Below, piece after piece: positions 19,647 to 29,511 of a stretch of DNA of 64,000 nt. Below the pieces are notes generated by a model. It was not told where the DNA came from. It did not search any database and worked only from the letters and a program-made list of their open reading frames with translations. The stretch's first letter is position 1. Every line of letters starts with the position of its first letter. This DNA is from Patescibacteria group bacterium (GTDB taxonomy: Bacteria; Patescibacteriota; Microgenomatia; Levybacterales; UBA12049): the NCBI GenBank assembly GCA_026004395.1, contig BPJB01000001.1:713226-777225 (forward strand), written 5' to 3'. Both the position numbers and the translations under genes were made by a program.

Positions 19647-21333
19647 CTATTGGAGATATTCCATATCTTTCGCTTTAAATTTCTCAATAATCTCTAAATG
19701 GTTATTACTTATTAGAATTTTTGCTAGATGATGTCCTCCAGCTAAATGAGGAAGTACAACATAATCTGCTCCAGCCTTGTATAGAGCTTTTGCATCTTCT
19801 GCTTCATATGCCATTACAACAATTGTTGCTTTTTTGTTCTTATGTAATAATCCTTCAATGAGCAATAAATTATCTTCAAGATCAGGAACAGTCGAAATAA
19901 CAAGTTTTGCCTTTTCAAAACCAACACGTTCTTGAATTTCAGGATCTGAAATATCTCCAAAGATGACATGATGCTCTTTTTCTTGCAATCTCTTAACAAT
20001 ATCAGGATCAAAATCTACTACTAGAATCTTCTCTTCAGTATTTTTAAGTGCATGCAGAATACTTTGTCCCATTTGATGACCACCAACAATAATGACATGA
20101 TTTTCCAATAACTTAAAGTTATTGGAAGAAACAAAATCACTATGTTTGCCTTGTCGAAGCTCAAGAAAGGAAAGATAATGACTAAAATAGCGATAGATTT
20201 TATTAGTACCCTGAATTAGATATGTCGATCCTACAAAAGTAATCATAGCTACAATTAGAAATAACGTTGTTACCTCATTGGAGATAACTCCTTTTTGATT
20301 GCCAATAAACATAATAATAAGGCTAAATTCAGAAATTTGAGCTAGACTAATTCCCACAAAAAATGATGTTCTCTTTCTAAAACCCATTAACCCTGTTATC
20401 AACATAACTATAGCTGGCTTAAGTATTATTACAAAGAAAGAAAAAATCAATGCAGGCAAAATTAAAGATGATATGCTAGTAAACTTCATCTCAAGCCCAA
20501 GCATGACGAAAAAGATTGTTATAAAAAAATCACGAAGTGCCTTCATACGAGCAACAATCTGATAATTTTCAGCACTTTCAGCCAAAGCAAGTCCTGCAAG
20601 AAAACCGCCAATTTCAATAGAAAACCCTATAAGAGGGGACGTAACTACAGCAGTTAATGCAAAAACCCACGCTAAACTAAAAAGAAAAAGTGATTCGGAT
20701 GAGCGAGCAATGCTGTGAAGAACTTTTGGGAATAGATACTTACTTAAAACAATTATCCAACCAAACAATACAATAGACTTTAAAAACACTAAAAGAATTT
20801 GCAAAATAAGTTTTGATGACTCACCTGAAATACTTGTTAGAAAAATAATAGTCATGACTGCAAAAAAAATCCTGCAGCAAGAGAATTCCCAATGCCAATT
20901 TTCCATGAAGACTATTGATATCCTTTTTATCTGAAAGAAGCTTAACAATAATAATTGTGCTTGAAAAAGAGAGTGCAATTGCAATATAAATACTCACAAT
21001 ATTTGAAAAACCAAGCAGTAAAGACAAAATAAAACCGAAAACAAAAGTCAAACCCATCTGCACTGTACCTGCCAAAACTGCTGTCTTACCAATCGAACGA
21101 AGTTCTTTAAGCTTAAGTTCCAATCCAAGCATAAAAAGTAAGAAAGTGATACCAAGCTGACCTAGAGTTTTCAAAGAATCTTGGTGTTGAAGGTGGAAAA
21201 AGCCTGCTGGGCCTAGCAAAACACCAGTAGCAATATACGCTAAAATCGGAGGCTGCCTTAAGTATCTAAAAGTGATATTCAAAATAGAGGCAACGATAAT
21301 AATGGCTGAAATTTCAATAAAAATTGCATCCAC
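19647..21333 (-). CDS. KefB-like CPA2 cation:proton antiporter with C-terminal TrkA-N domain, split by a frameshift at an A8/T8 homopolymer (20862-20869)
   Basis: ORF 20821-21333 encodes N-terminal CPA2 TM helices and ORF 19647-20984 continues the TM domain and carries the TrkA-N Rossmann domain (HVIIVGGHQMGQ). On the minus strand, reading T7 instead of T8 gives the continuous sequence LLLQDFFAVMTIIFL. This is either a sequencing artefact or a genuine frameshift. Confidence 0.65.
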
Positions 21334-21498
21334 ATCTTTAGTTTAACAAATTACTTCTTAATTACAAATTCCTTTTAGAATTAGATTTGAAACATCAGCA
21401 GATTTGTATCTACTCTTCTCTACTTAATGAACAATTGATACTACTGCGCTAATTAAATAAACAAAAATAAATTGCTGTAAGACAAATTTTTTGCTAAG

Positions 21499-23001
21499 AT
21501 GAAATCCTTCAATATGCTGCCTCAAAAATTAGCATTTGTTGATATTGAAACAACAGGTGCACGATCACGATATGATCGTATCATTGAAATTGGTATTTTA
21601 CGTGTAGAGAATGATCAGATTGTTCAAACCTATTCGACTCTTGTAAATCCTCAAAGATATATCCCTAGTGAAATAGAACTTCTTACTGGAATCACATCAG
21701 ACAAGATAGAACAATCTCCAACATTTAGAGAAATTGCTGATGATGTTTTAGCAGTTCTTAAAGAAACTGTCTTTGTAGCACATAATGTACGCTTTGATTA
21801 TGGGTTTCTGAAAGCAGAGTTCAAGAGATTGAATAAGACATTTAGCTTCAAACATTTTTGTACCGTCCGACTCTCCCGTGTGCTTTTCCCAGAATTTACT
21901 CATCACAATCTTCATAGTATTATTAAGCGTTTTAATATCCACTGCGACAGAAGGCATCGTGCGCTTGATGATGCCAAAGCTATTTTTCAATTTTATAAAT
22001 TGCTCAAAGAATCGCACCCTCAGGAGGTATTCCTCAAAGCTATTGAACACATACTGCGCAAACCATATCTTCCTCCAAAAATTGATGAAAGAATTCTTGA
22101 AGATCTTCCAGAAAGACCAGGCGTGTATATTTTCTATGGATCAACATCTGATAACAAGCCCACTAATACCATAAACAATCAAATAGATAAAAAACTACGA
22201 AAGATAAATAATACAAAAAATTTAGTACCGTTATATATTGGAAAAAGCATTAATATCAAAGAAAGAGTACTTGCTCATTTTGCATCAGATATTCACTCTC
22301 CACTGGAAATGAAGATAGCGCAACAGGTCGAGAGTATCGAAACAATACCCACTGCAGGAGAGTTTGGGGCGCTTTTTATGGAATCACAGCTTATTAAAAA
22401 ACTTCTTCCACTTTATAACAAAAAATTAAGGCAGAAACGAAAAATGATCGCCATTAAAATGCAAAAAAACAAAGAAGGATTTCTTACTGTCATTATGGAA
22501 TCTGTAGCAAAACCATCAGTTGCCGAACTTGATTTATATGTTGGATTCTTCACATCTAAAAAACAAGCAAGAGATTTTCTCTTTAATATAGCTCAAGAAT
22601 TTAATCTCTGTGAAAAGCTCTTAGGCCTTGAAAAGACAAATACGAGTTGTTTTGGATATCGTTTAGAAAGGTGTAAAGGTGCGTGCATCAAGCAAGAATC
22701 TCCTCTTACCTATAATATAAGATGTTCTCAAGCATTTACAAAAACAAAAATAAAAACATGGCCATTCTCAGGACCAATTGTTATAGTAGAAGAATGCAAC
22801 TCAAACGAAAAAGCAGAATATTTTATAGTTGATAAATGGTGTATTATAGGACATATTACTGCCGATTCATACGAAGCTTTTAACGAAAATCATCTAGAGT
22901 ATACTTTTGACCTTGATACGTACAAAATACTTCTTCGTTTTTTAACGAAGAACAAAAGAAGAAAGCAGATTAAACTACTCTCCCCTCAACTCTACTCTTA
23001 G
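21499..23001 (+). CDS. DnaQ-like (DEDDh) 3'-5' exonuclease fused to a GIY-YIG nuclease domain (Cho-like)
   Basis: The N-terminus has Exo I/II/III motifs (VDIETTG...HNVRFDYGFL...HRALDDA). The C-terminal half starts with GVYIFYG...LYIGKSINIKERVLAHF, a GIY-YIG core. The architecture resembles the mycobacterial Rv2191 / firmicute exonuclease-Cho fusions. Confidence 0.65.
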   Translation: MKSFNMLPQKLAFVDIETTGARSRYDRIIEIGILRVENDQIVQTYSTLVNPQRYIPSEIELLTGITSDKIEQSPTFREIADDVLAVLKETVFVAHNVRFDYGFLKAEFKRLNKTFSFKHFCTVRLSRVLFPEFTHHNLHSIIKRFNIHCDRRHRALDDAKAIFQFYKLLKESHPQEVFLKAIEHILRKPYLPPKIDERILEDLPERPGVYIFYGSTSDNKPTNTINNQIDKKLRKINNTKNLVPLYIGKSINIKERVLAHFASDIHSPLEMKIAQQVESIETIPTAGEFGALFMESQLIKKLLPLYNKKLRQKRKMIAIKMQKNKEGFLTVIMESVAKPSVAELDLYVGFFTSKKQARDFLFNIAQEFNLCEKLLGLEKTNTSCFGYRLERCKGACIKQESPLTYNIRCSQAFTKTKIKTWPFSGPIVIVEECNSNEKAEYFIVDKWCIIGHITADSYEAFNENHLEYTFDLDTYKILLRFLTKNKRRKQIKLLSPQLYS

Positions 23002-23035
23002 CGGTATTCACCTCATGAGTAACACGGGCAGTCTG

Positions 23036-23514
23036 TTACTCCTCTACTACTATGGTCCCTCTCATACTTGGATGTACTGTGCAGTGATATGTATATGTTC
23101 CTTTTTTGGTAAAGGTGATACTAGCCTTCTCTCCTTGTGCGAGAAGTTGTGTATTGAAGGAACCATCATCTGCTGTTGCAGTATGAGATACAGCATCCTC
23201 ATTCACCCATGTCACTATATCTCCAACCTTGATTTTTAAAATCTTTTTATCAAACTCAAAATTCTTCATTGTTACTGTATTTGTTGTATTTCTTCTGGAT
23301 TCTTCAACAGTTGGAGTTGATTTTGCAGATAGCTTATCAGATGCTGTACGACCGCTAGTCATAAGTAAAAAGATCATAGCAATAATGACAAATCCTCCAC
23401 CTACAATAATCAAGAATGAATCTTGTTCATGACGGTGAGAATATGATCTGCTACTGCCAGTACTTTTTCTCTTAGATGTTGTCTTTATACTGGATGATCT
23501 TGTCTTTTTTGCCA
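23036..23514 (-). CDS. Membrane-anchored type-1 copper cupredoxin (plastocyanin/pseudoazurin-like)
   Basis: Strong SD (aggaggtggtgaaaatATG at 23514). The N-terminus is basic with a TM anchor (FLIIVGGGFVIIAMIFLLM). The C-terminal cupredoxin carries the H...C-x-x-H-x-x-x-x-M copper ligand set (VSHTA...YHCTVHPSMRG). Confidence 0.7.
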
Positions 23515-23686
23515 TATTTTCACCACCTCCTTTCTCTTCATTCTTGTACAGTTGACTGCATTCTATATTCAACAGATAGAATTACAGAATTGTACAAATC
23601 TCTTATGAAGAGGCATTCCCTTCTAACATGATACAGTATAAAAAGGAAGATATGTCAAGGGTGAATTTTGTAATCTAAATTAGAAG

Positions 23687-24421
23687 TTAGCGAGCGATAA
23701 GATAAGTAACTTTTGCTTTTTCTTGAAGACTCTTAATCCATGTTTGGACTTTTTCATTAAGTTTTTGTTGACGTAATTGCTCACGAACTTGTTTTTTGAG
23801 ATCCTCTTCTTTAGCATCTTGAGGAAGTGTGGATCTATTAGCCGTAATATAGTCATTGACTTCTTTATCACTTACTTTAATATCTTTACCAACCATTTTT
23901 TCAATTAGCTTTTGGAAATAGACCTGTTCACGAAGAGAGTCCCTGGTCATTCCTTGAAGCTGAAGTATATTATCAAGTTTTTGACCTTGTTTGGAGAGAT
24001 TTTCCTCAATTTTTTTAATCTCTTGATCTACTTCTTGTGCATTGACTGTTACTTTCTTCTTGCGTGCTTCCTGAAGAATAATCGTCTTTGTTATTAATGA
24101 ATCGAGTGCCTGTTTACCCGACATCTTTTCCATCTCCTTAATGTATGCAAGACGAGAAACAGGCTGACCATTGACCATCGCAACGACAAAGATACTTCTA
24201 AAATATACAGCTAATCCTGCAAGAAGGATTAAGATAAGTCCTCCAATCAGATATGTGCGTTTAATTTTAAAAGATTGAAGATTCTTCAATGAGGATGATA
24301 TTTTTTGTTGAGAGTTTTCTGTCTGAGTAACTGCAGTTTTTATCTGAGTTTTTTTTCGAGGGGCTCGAGAAATTTCTGGGGCTTTTTCTGTCTTTTCTGC
24401 TTTTGTTTTTCTTGCTGTCAT
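23687..24421 (-). CDS. SurA-N/PrsA-like periplasmic chaperone-domain protein (no PPIase domain)
   Basis: N-terminal TM anchor, then VVAMVNGQPVSRLAYIKEM... which is typical of the SurA N-terminal chaperone domain. The remainder is Lys/Glu/Gln-rich and helical. Confidence 0.5.
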   Translation of the reverse strand: MTARKTKAEKTEKAPEISRAPRKKTQIKTAVTQTENSQQKISSSLKNLQSFKIKRTYLIGGLILILLAGLAVYFRSIFVVAMVNGQPVSRLAYIKEMEKMSGKQALDSLITKTIILQEARKKKVTVNAQEVDQEIKKIEENLSKQGQKLDNILQLQGMTRDSLREQVYFQKLIEKMVGKDIKVSDKEVNDYITANRSTLPQDAKEEDLKKQVREQLRQQKLNEKVQTWIKSLQEKAKVTYLIAR

Positions 24422-24517
24422 TGATCAATTATAACACAAAATTTTTATTTGCAATATAGTTTTTTTTAATTCTTCCTTTTCTGACTCTACTCTACAAAAC
24501 ATTTATTGGCCTTGTGA

Positions 24518-25705
24518 TTATTGATTTGGTGCTTGTCCAAGAGTGACTTTCTGGTCAAATGTTCTTCCATTACCTTCTTCATCTTCCCGATAGATAGTAA
24601 GTGTAATAGTATCTCCAACTTTCTTTTTGGAAATAATAGTGGAGAGCTCTGTTTTATTAGCTCTTAGTTCCTGACCATCAATCTTTGTAATAATATCACC
24701 AGGCTTTATTCCTGCTTTAGCAGCAGAAGAATTCTCAACTACTGTTTCTATGTATGCTCCCTCTGGAACATCATTCCTCAAAGCTGCTGCACGAGAGATC
24801 ATCCGATATGAAACACCAAGAAAGGCTCTGTTAAACTGTCCTGTCTCATTAAAATTGCGTATTGAGTCCTTAATAGTGTTTATTGGAAGAGCAAAACCAA
24901 TATTCTGGCCTGCTTGAGAGACTGCTGTATTAACACCAATTACCTCTCCTGCAGAATTAAGTAGAGGTCCTCCTGAATTGCCAGGATTTATCGCTGCATC
25001 AGTTTGAATAACATTATCCAACTCCTCAACATATCCTTCAAAAACGCTTCCAGCGATTATTCCTCTACCAAGTCCTGAAATAACTCCTGTGGTAACAGTG
25101 TTGCGGAATTCACCTAATGCAGTCCCAATGGCAATTGCCAACTGACCTACCTTCAATTTCGAAGAATCACCAAGTTTTACAGGTTTAAGTGATGTACCCG
25201 GATGCTGTCGCGGATTTATTTTCAGTATTGCAATATCATTCAGAGGATCCCTATAGATATTTTGTACATCATATCTTTTATCACCATTGGCAATAACAGT
25301 ATACTTAAGTTGAGGATTATTAACTACGTGTTTATTCGTGACCACTAATCCATCGGAAGTTACAATAAACCCCGAACCGATATCTTGTGGCTCAACAGGA
25401 CCTAATCTCTGTTGATTGGGAAAAGGTATACCAAAGATAGAAAACGGATCATCTTCTGGAAGTAATCGTTGCTGTGTTGATTGAGCAGCAATGGTAACCA
25501 CTGATGGACCAACCTCTTCTACAACTTTGATGACAACATCCTCTTGAGGAAGAACTTTAATACGATCTTGTGATTCTGGTAAAAGTCTATTCACTGTCTG
25601 GGGCTTACCAATAAACTCTTGCAATTGAGGAATATATTTATTTCCGATTGTGACAACTCCAAGAAGAATTAATAAAACTACTAATAGTACTACAAGTTTG
25701 CGCAT
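24518..25705 (-). CDS. htrA: HtrA/DegP-family serine protease with PDZ domain
   Basis: Trypsin-like catalytic motifs (TNKHVV, DIAILK, GNSGGPLLN) and a C-terminal PDZ domain. Confidence 0.9.
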   Translation of the reverse strand: MRKLVVLLVVLLILLGVVTIGNKYIPQLQEFIGKPQTVNRLLPESQDRIKVLPQEDVVIKVVEEVGPSVVTIAAQSTQQRLLPEDDPFSIFGIPFPNQQRLGPVEPQDIGSGFIVTSDGLVVTNKHVVNNPQLKYTVIANGDKRYDVQNIYRDPLNDIAILKINPRQHPGTSLKPVKLGDSSKLKVGQLAIAIGTALGEFRNTVTTGVISGLGRGIIAGSVFEGYVEELDNVIQTDAAINPGNSGGPLLNSAGEVIGVNTAVSQAGQNIGFALPINTIKDSIRNFNETGQFNRAFLGVSYRMISRAAALRNDVPEGAYIETVVENSSAAKAGIKPGDIITKIDGQELRANKTELSTIISKKKVGDTITLTIYREDEEGNGRTFDQKVTLGQAPNQ

Positions 25706-25720
25706 AGTGCAGATATATTA

Positions 25721-26989
25721 TCACTGTTTTATCAATACTTCAATAGCTTTCTCAAGCTGGGTATCGTGCTCTGGTTCCTTAGGATTAAGCTCAACTACCA
25801 CATCTGGAGTTAATCCCTTTTTATGTACCCATATTCCTTTGGGAGTTAACCATTTTGCGATAGTAACATGTAGTCCCGATCCTCCGCCAAGCTCTTCAGC
25901 ATTTTGTATAGTACCTTTTCCAAATGATGTCTCGCCAACAAGTGTTGCACGGTTATGATCACGCATCGCTCCTGCTAGTATTTCGCTAGCTGATGCCGAT
26001 CCTTTATTCAAAAGGATCACAAGGGGCGTATTAAGCATAAGCCCCTGCCTTTCAACGACAAGTTTACCTTGGGTACCATGACCATCATCTTGCAACACTA
26101 CAGCAGCTCCAGTTGGTAAAAATTCGGATGCGATGAAGACAGCATCGCTGAGGTATCCTCCTGGATTATTGCGAAGATCAAGAACTACTCCTTTAATACT
26201 AGAATCTTTTTTTATTTGCAGGCTCAACTCATTGGCAAGGGATAACCACTCTTTATTAGTATTATCTCCAAACTGAGAAAGCTTAATATAGGCTATTTTT
26301 TTATCTTTATTATCCTTAAGAATTGCATTTTGCATTTTTATAGAATCGATTTCTTTAATTGGTTTTACCCAATGAGTGACGCTTTTTATTGTTATCACAT
26401 CGCGAGTAATTGTAACAACTCTAGGCTCAGACTCGCCTTTCCTCAGAATTGTTAATGTGACATTTGTTCCTTTTGGACCACGAATTTTATCCACAGCTTG
26501 ACTTACTGACCAGCCTGCAGTGTATTCATCATTCACTTTGCCTATGATATCTCCTGCTTTCAATCCTGCTTTTTCTGCAGGAGTACCATCAAGTGGAGCA
26601 ACAATAATAATTTGCTTATCTCTCATTCCCAACTCTGCACCAATACCAGTAAATTGTCCAGCCAAACCTTGTTTGAAATCCGTATTTTGTTGTGGAGGGA
26701 GATAAACAGTGTAGGGATCGTCAAGGCTATTCACCATGCCGGAAATAGCACCATCTAATAACTTTTGAGGATCGATTGCTGTTTTATCATAGTAGTTATT
26801 CTCAAGTTTCTCCAAAACGATCCAAAATTTACTAAAATCAAGATTTTGATACTTTGAAGGTGGTTCTTTACCTTCTACCTGAACATGTGGCTGCCAATTT
26901 TTCCAATCCAGTGTAATTTTGTTGACACCTATGTAATATCCAATTAGTCCTGATATAAAAATAACAATAAAAAACCTTATTACTCTCAT
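25721..26989 (-). CDS. ctpA: C-terminal processing (tail-specific) peptidase, S41 family
   Basis: PDZ domain (GLKAGDIIGKVND) followed by S41 motifs (LDLRNNPGGYLSDAV, GASASASEILAGA). Confidence 0.88.
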   Translation of the reverse strand: MRVIRFFIVIFISGLIGYYIGVNKITLDWKNWQPHVQVEGKEPPSKYQNLDFSKFWIVLEKLENNYYDKTAIDPQKLLDGAISGMVNSLDDPYTVYLPPQQNTDFKQGLAGQFTGIGAELGMRDKQIIIVAPLDGTPAEKAGLKAGDIIGKVNDEYTAGWSVSQAVDKIRGPKGTNVTLTILRKGESEPRVVTITRDVITIKSVTHWVKPIKEIDSIKMQNAILKDNKDKKIAYIKLSQFGDNTNKEWLSLANELSLQIKKDSSIKGVVLDLRNNPGGYLSDAVFIASEFLPTGAAVVLQDDGHGTQGKLVVERQGLMLNTPLVILLNKGSASASEILAGAMRDHNRATLVGETSFGKGTIQNAEELGGGSGLHVTIAKWLTPKGIWVHKKGLTPDVVVELNPKEPEHDTQLEKAIEVLIKQ

Positions 26990-26994
26990 AGTTG

Positions 26995-27828
26995 TTATTC
27001 TTTTTTAACAGATTTAACAGAGATAGTTCTCGCATCAGCATCTACAAAAACATTCTCTCTGTCAAATTTTACTAACTTCTCTGCTACATCTTCAGATACT
27101 ACAACAAGAGGTACACTGATGTTGCGTTCGTGAAGATATGCTATATCAGACTCATCAATGTTGGACGTAATGATACCAGAAACATCCAAAGCTCCTGCTT
27201 TTGCCAATGCTTCACGGCCAATACGAGCAACGAGAAGAATCTTTCCTCCATCATCTACTCCAAGATCACTGCTTTTAACCTCAAACCCTGTTTTAAAATG
27301 CACAGTACTTAACACTCCTTGTGTCTTACCCACTGATCCTGAAGTTCCTTGAAAAATATTATCTTCTCCTTTAATGACAACTGCATCATTATTACACACT
27401 GTGACGACACCATCAAGTGGTGAAACAATTATTTCTGGATTTGAGTTGAGAGTAACATTATTAAAATTATCAGACGATCTGATTCGAATAACGAGATTCC
27501 CTGTATCACGCTCAAAACGAAGAATTATTCCATCAACAGTAGAAATCAAATTGTCTTTCTTTAAACTGAAAATGCTACTTTTAGAAGCTAGAAGATCTCC
27601 TTTATGTAAAACCTCTCCTGGACTTTTTTTAAGATATTTCCTGACTACTGATAAAGGTGCATTAAATTCTGAAGTTAAATTAACAATACACTCTGTTGTG
27701 TCTTGAAGACTCGGAGAATCCGTTATAGAGGATGAATGTCTTGCTAATACCTGACCCACATGAACTCTGTCACCTTTTTTTACGAGAATATCAAAATTTG
27801 CTGGAATATTAATTGGCAAGGAGGCCAT
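26995..27828 (-). CDS. Hypothetical protein, possibly a degenerate LytM/M23-like domain protein
   Basis: 277 aa. The stretch GEVLHKGDLLA...GNLVIRIRSSDNF...GTSGSVGKTQGVLSTVHFKTGFEV loosely follows the M23 beta-sheet order but lacks the HxH metal ligands. It is co-oriented with htrA and ctpA. Confidence 0.3.
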   Translation of the reverse strand: MASLPINIPANFDILVKKGDRVHVGQVLARHSSSITDSPSLQDTTECIVNLTSEFNAPLSVVRKYLKKSPGEVLHKGDLLASKSSIFSLKKDNLISTVDGIILRFERDTGNLVIRIRSSDNFNNVTLNSNPEIIVSPLDGVVTVCNNDAVVIKGEDNIFQGTSGSVGKTQGVLSTVHFKTGFEVKSSDLGVDDGGKILLVARIGREALAKAGALDVSGIITSNIDESDIAYLHERNISVPLVVVSEDVAEKLVKFDRENVFVDADARTISVKSVKKE

Positions 27829-27872
27829 ACATCCTCAGGTATATAGACGCATCTTATCTTAAATCAAAAGCA

Positions 27873-28115
27873 TTAATCACGAGCAACATACGGCATAAGA
27901 GCTAGATAGCGTGCATATTTAATCGCATCCGTCAGTCGTCTCTGATGTTTTGCACACAAACCTGTTCGTGCCCTACTTATAATTTTACCTCTATCGGTAA
28001 CATATTTTTGTAGTGTAGAAACATCAGAGTACCAAGGATTCTTATTCTCCTCACAGAAAGAACATACCTTCGGTGCGCTTATTTTTCTTTGTTGTCGTGT
28101 TCGTTTAACTGCCAT
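27873..28115 (-). CDS. rpsR: 30S ribosomal protein S18
   Basis: 80 aa. The sequence FCEENKNPWYSDVSTLQKYVTDRGKIISRARTGLCAKHQRRLTDAIKYARYLALMPYV matches the S18 family. Confidence 0.92.
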   Translation of the reverse strand: MAVKRTRQQRKISAPKVCSFCEENKNPWYSDVSTLQKYVTDRGKIISRARTGLCAKHQRRLTDAIKYARYLALMPYVARD

Positions 28116-28164
28116 ATAAATTTAAAATAAAATTAAAATCTAAGAAAAAATTTAAGATCAAAGA

Positions 28165-28665
28165 TCAGAATGGTATATCATCCGGAGGAACCATCTCTTC
28201 ATCTGTCGACGATGATGATTCTCCAGATTTAGACTGCTTAGGTGCAACGTTTTCCTCTTTAACTTTAGTTGAATTTGAAGAAGCAGATGGTTCTGCTTTT
28301 TCCTCCAACTCATCTGTCTTTGCAGCTTGTCCAGGTCTATCCAGTAAGATCATATCGTCTATTACTACCTCTGTAACTGATCTTTGTTGTCCATCTTGCC
28401 CAGACCAATTTCTTGTCGAGAGTCGCCCTTCAACATAGACTTTTCGACCTTTGACCAGAAATTGACTGCAAAGTTCTGCAAGCTTATTCCAGGCAACTAT
28501 ACGATGGAATTCAGTCTCTTCATGTTTCTCACCTGTATCTGTGGTCCAAGACCGATTTGTAGCTAATCCAAATGTACAAACAGCTGTACCTTGCGGTGTA
28601 TAACGTAGCTCAGGATCTCTTGTAAGATTACCAATTAACTGAACTCTATTTAAACTTCGTGCCAT
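28165..28665 (-). CDS. ssb: Single-stranded DNA-binding protein
   Basis: OB-fold N-terminus (MARSLNRVQLIGNLTRDPELRYTPQGTAVCTF), an acidic tail ending in DDIPF, and the classic rpsF-ssb-rpsR context. Confidence 0.92.
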   Translation of the reverse strand: MARSLNRVQLIGNLTRDPELRYTPQGTAVCTFGLATNRSWTTDTGEKHEETEFHRIVAWNKLAELCSQFLVKGRKVYVEGRLSTRNWSGQDGQQRSVTEVVIDDMILLDRPGQAAKTDELEEKAEPSASSNSTKVKEENVAPKQSKSGESSSSTDEEMVPPDDIPF

Positions 28666-28680
28666 ATTATTTATAATACC

Positions 28681-28968
28681 TTATTTTGTTCTTAATAACA
28701 AAAAACGCAAAATCTTATCATTTGCCATAAGACGCTTCTCAAAACCTTTTTCTACTCCTTTCTCCTCATCTGATTCGAGATGTAAAACATGATAAAAACC
28801 AGCAAGCTCATTCTTTATTTTGTACGCAAGAGGCTTTTGACCCCATGACTCTTCTTTGGTCACTTTTACGTTTTTCCCAAGCCATTCTTTAACACTATCA
28901 ATAAGCTTTTTCCTTTCTGCTTCAGAAAGTGAGGCTTTCAGTACTAAAACTAACTCATATAGTCGCAT
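28681..28968 (-). CDS. rpsF: 30S ribosomal protein S6
   Basis: MRLYELVLVLKASLSEAERKKLIDSVKEWL... matches the S6 family. It is the first gene of the rpsF-ssb-rpsR operon, and no rplI follows. Confidence 0.9.
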   Translation of the reverse strand: MRLYELVLVLKASLSEAERKKLIDSVKEWLGKNVKVTKEESWGQKPLAYKIKNELAGFYHVLHLESDEEKGVEKGFEKRLMANDKILRFLLLRTK

Positions 28969-29511
28969 ATGTTGCCTTATAATAGCAAATATAAGTCTAC
29001 AATAGCAAGTAGGAATTATTATTTATTACACTTAGCTTCATTTGTCTGAGAAACGAAATTTGAGTCATCTACTTAGGTATTATTACAAGAATTAGCTTTT
29101 AATAAGAGGAACATTACAGCGTTCCTTTGCATACGTTCACAACGGCATGTATTGTATTTCTAAATTAGCGTAAACTTACTTAAAGTTAGAACAATTCAAT
29201 CTTTGGATCTATTACATTTGAAATTTAGCGTTAAATTATTTATTAAATTAATTATTAACAGAAATTGCCGAAGTGTTCTCATGAAGTTGTTTGTATCATA
29301 TATTAACTTATGATACAGAAATATTTCCTTTTGATTCTATATCTAAATTTTAATTAAAATTCGCTCAGTTGCATCCCAATAAAACTATTTCGTACATCAT
29401 ACCACACCCTAATTTTATTAGAAAAAAGAATTGCTCAAAGTTAAATACCAGTAATCTACTGTAGATTTTAATTAGATCATAATCAGTAGCAAATTATATT
29501 TTTGGTAAAAT

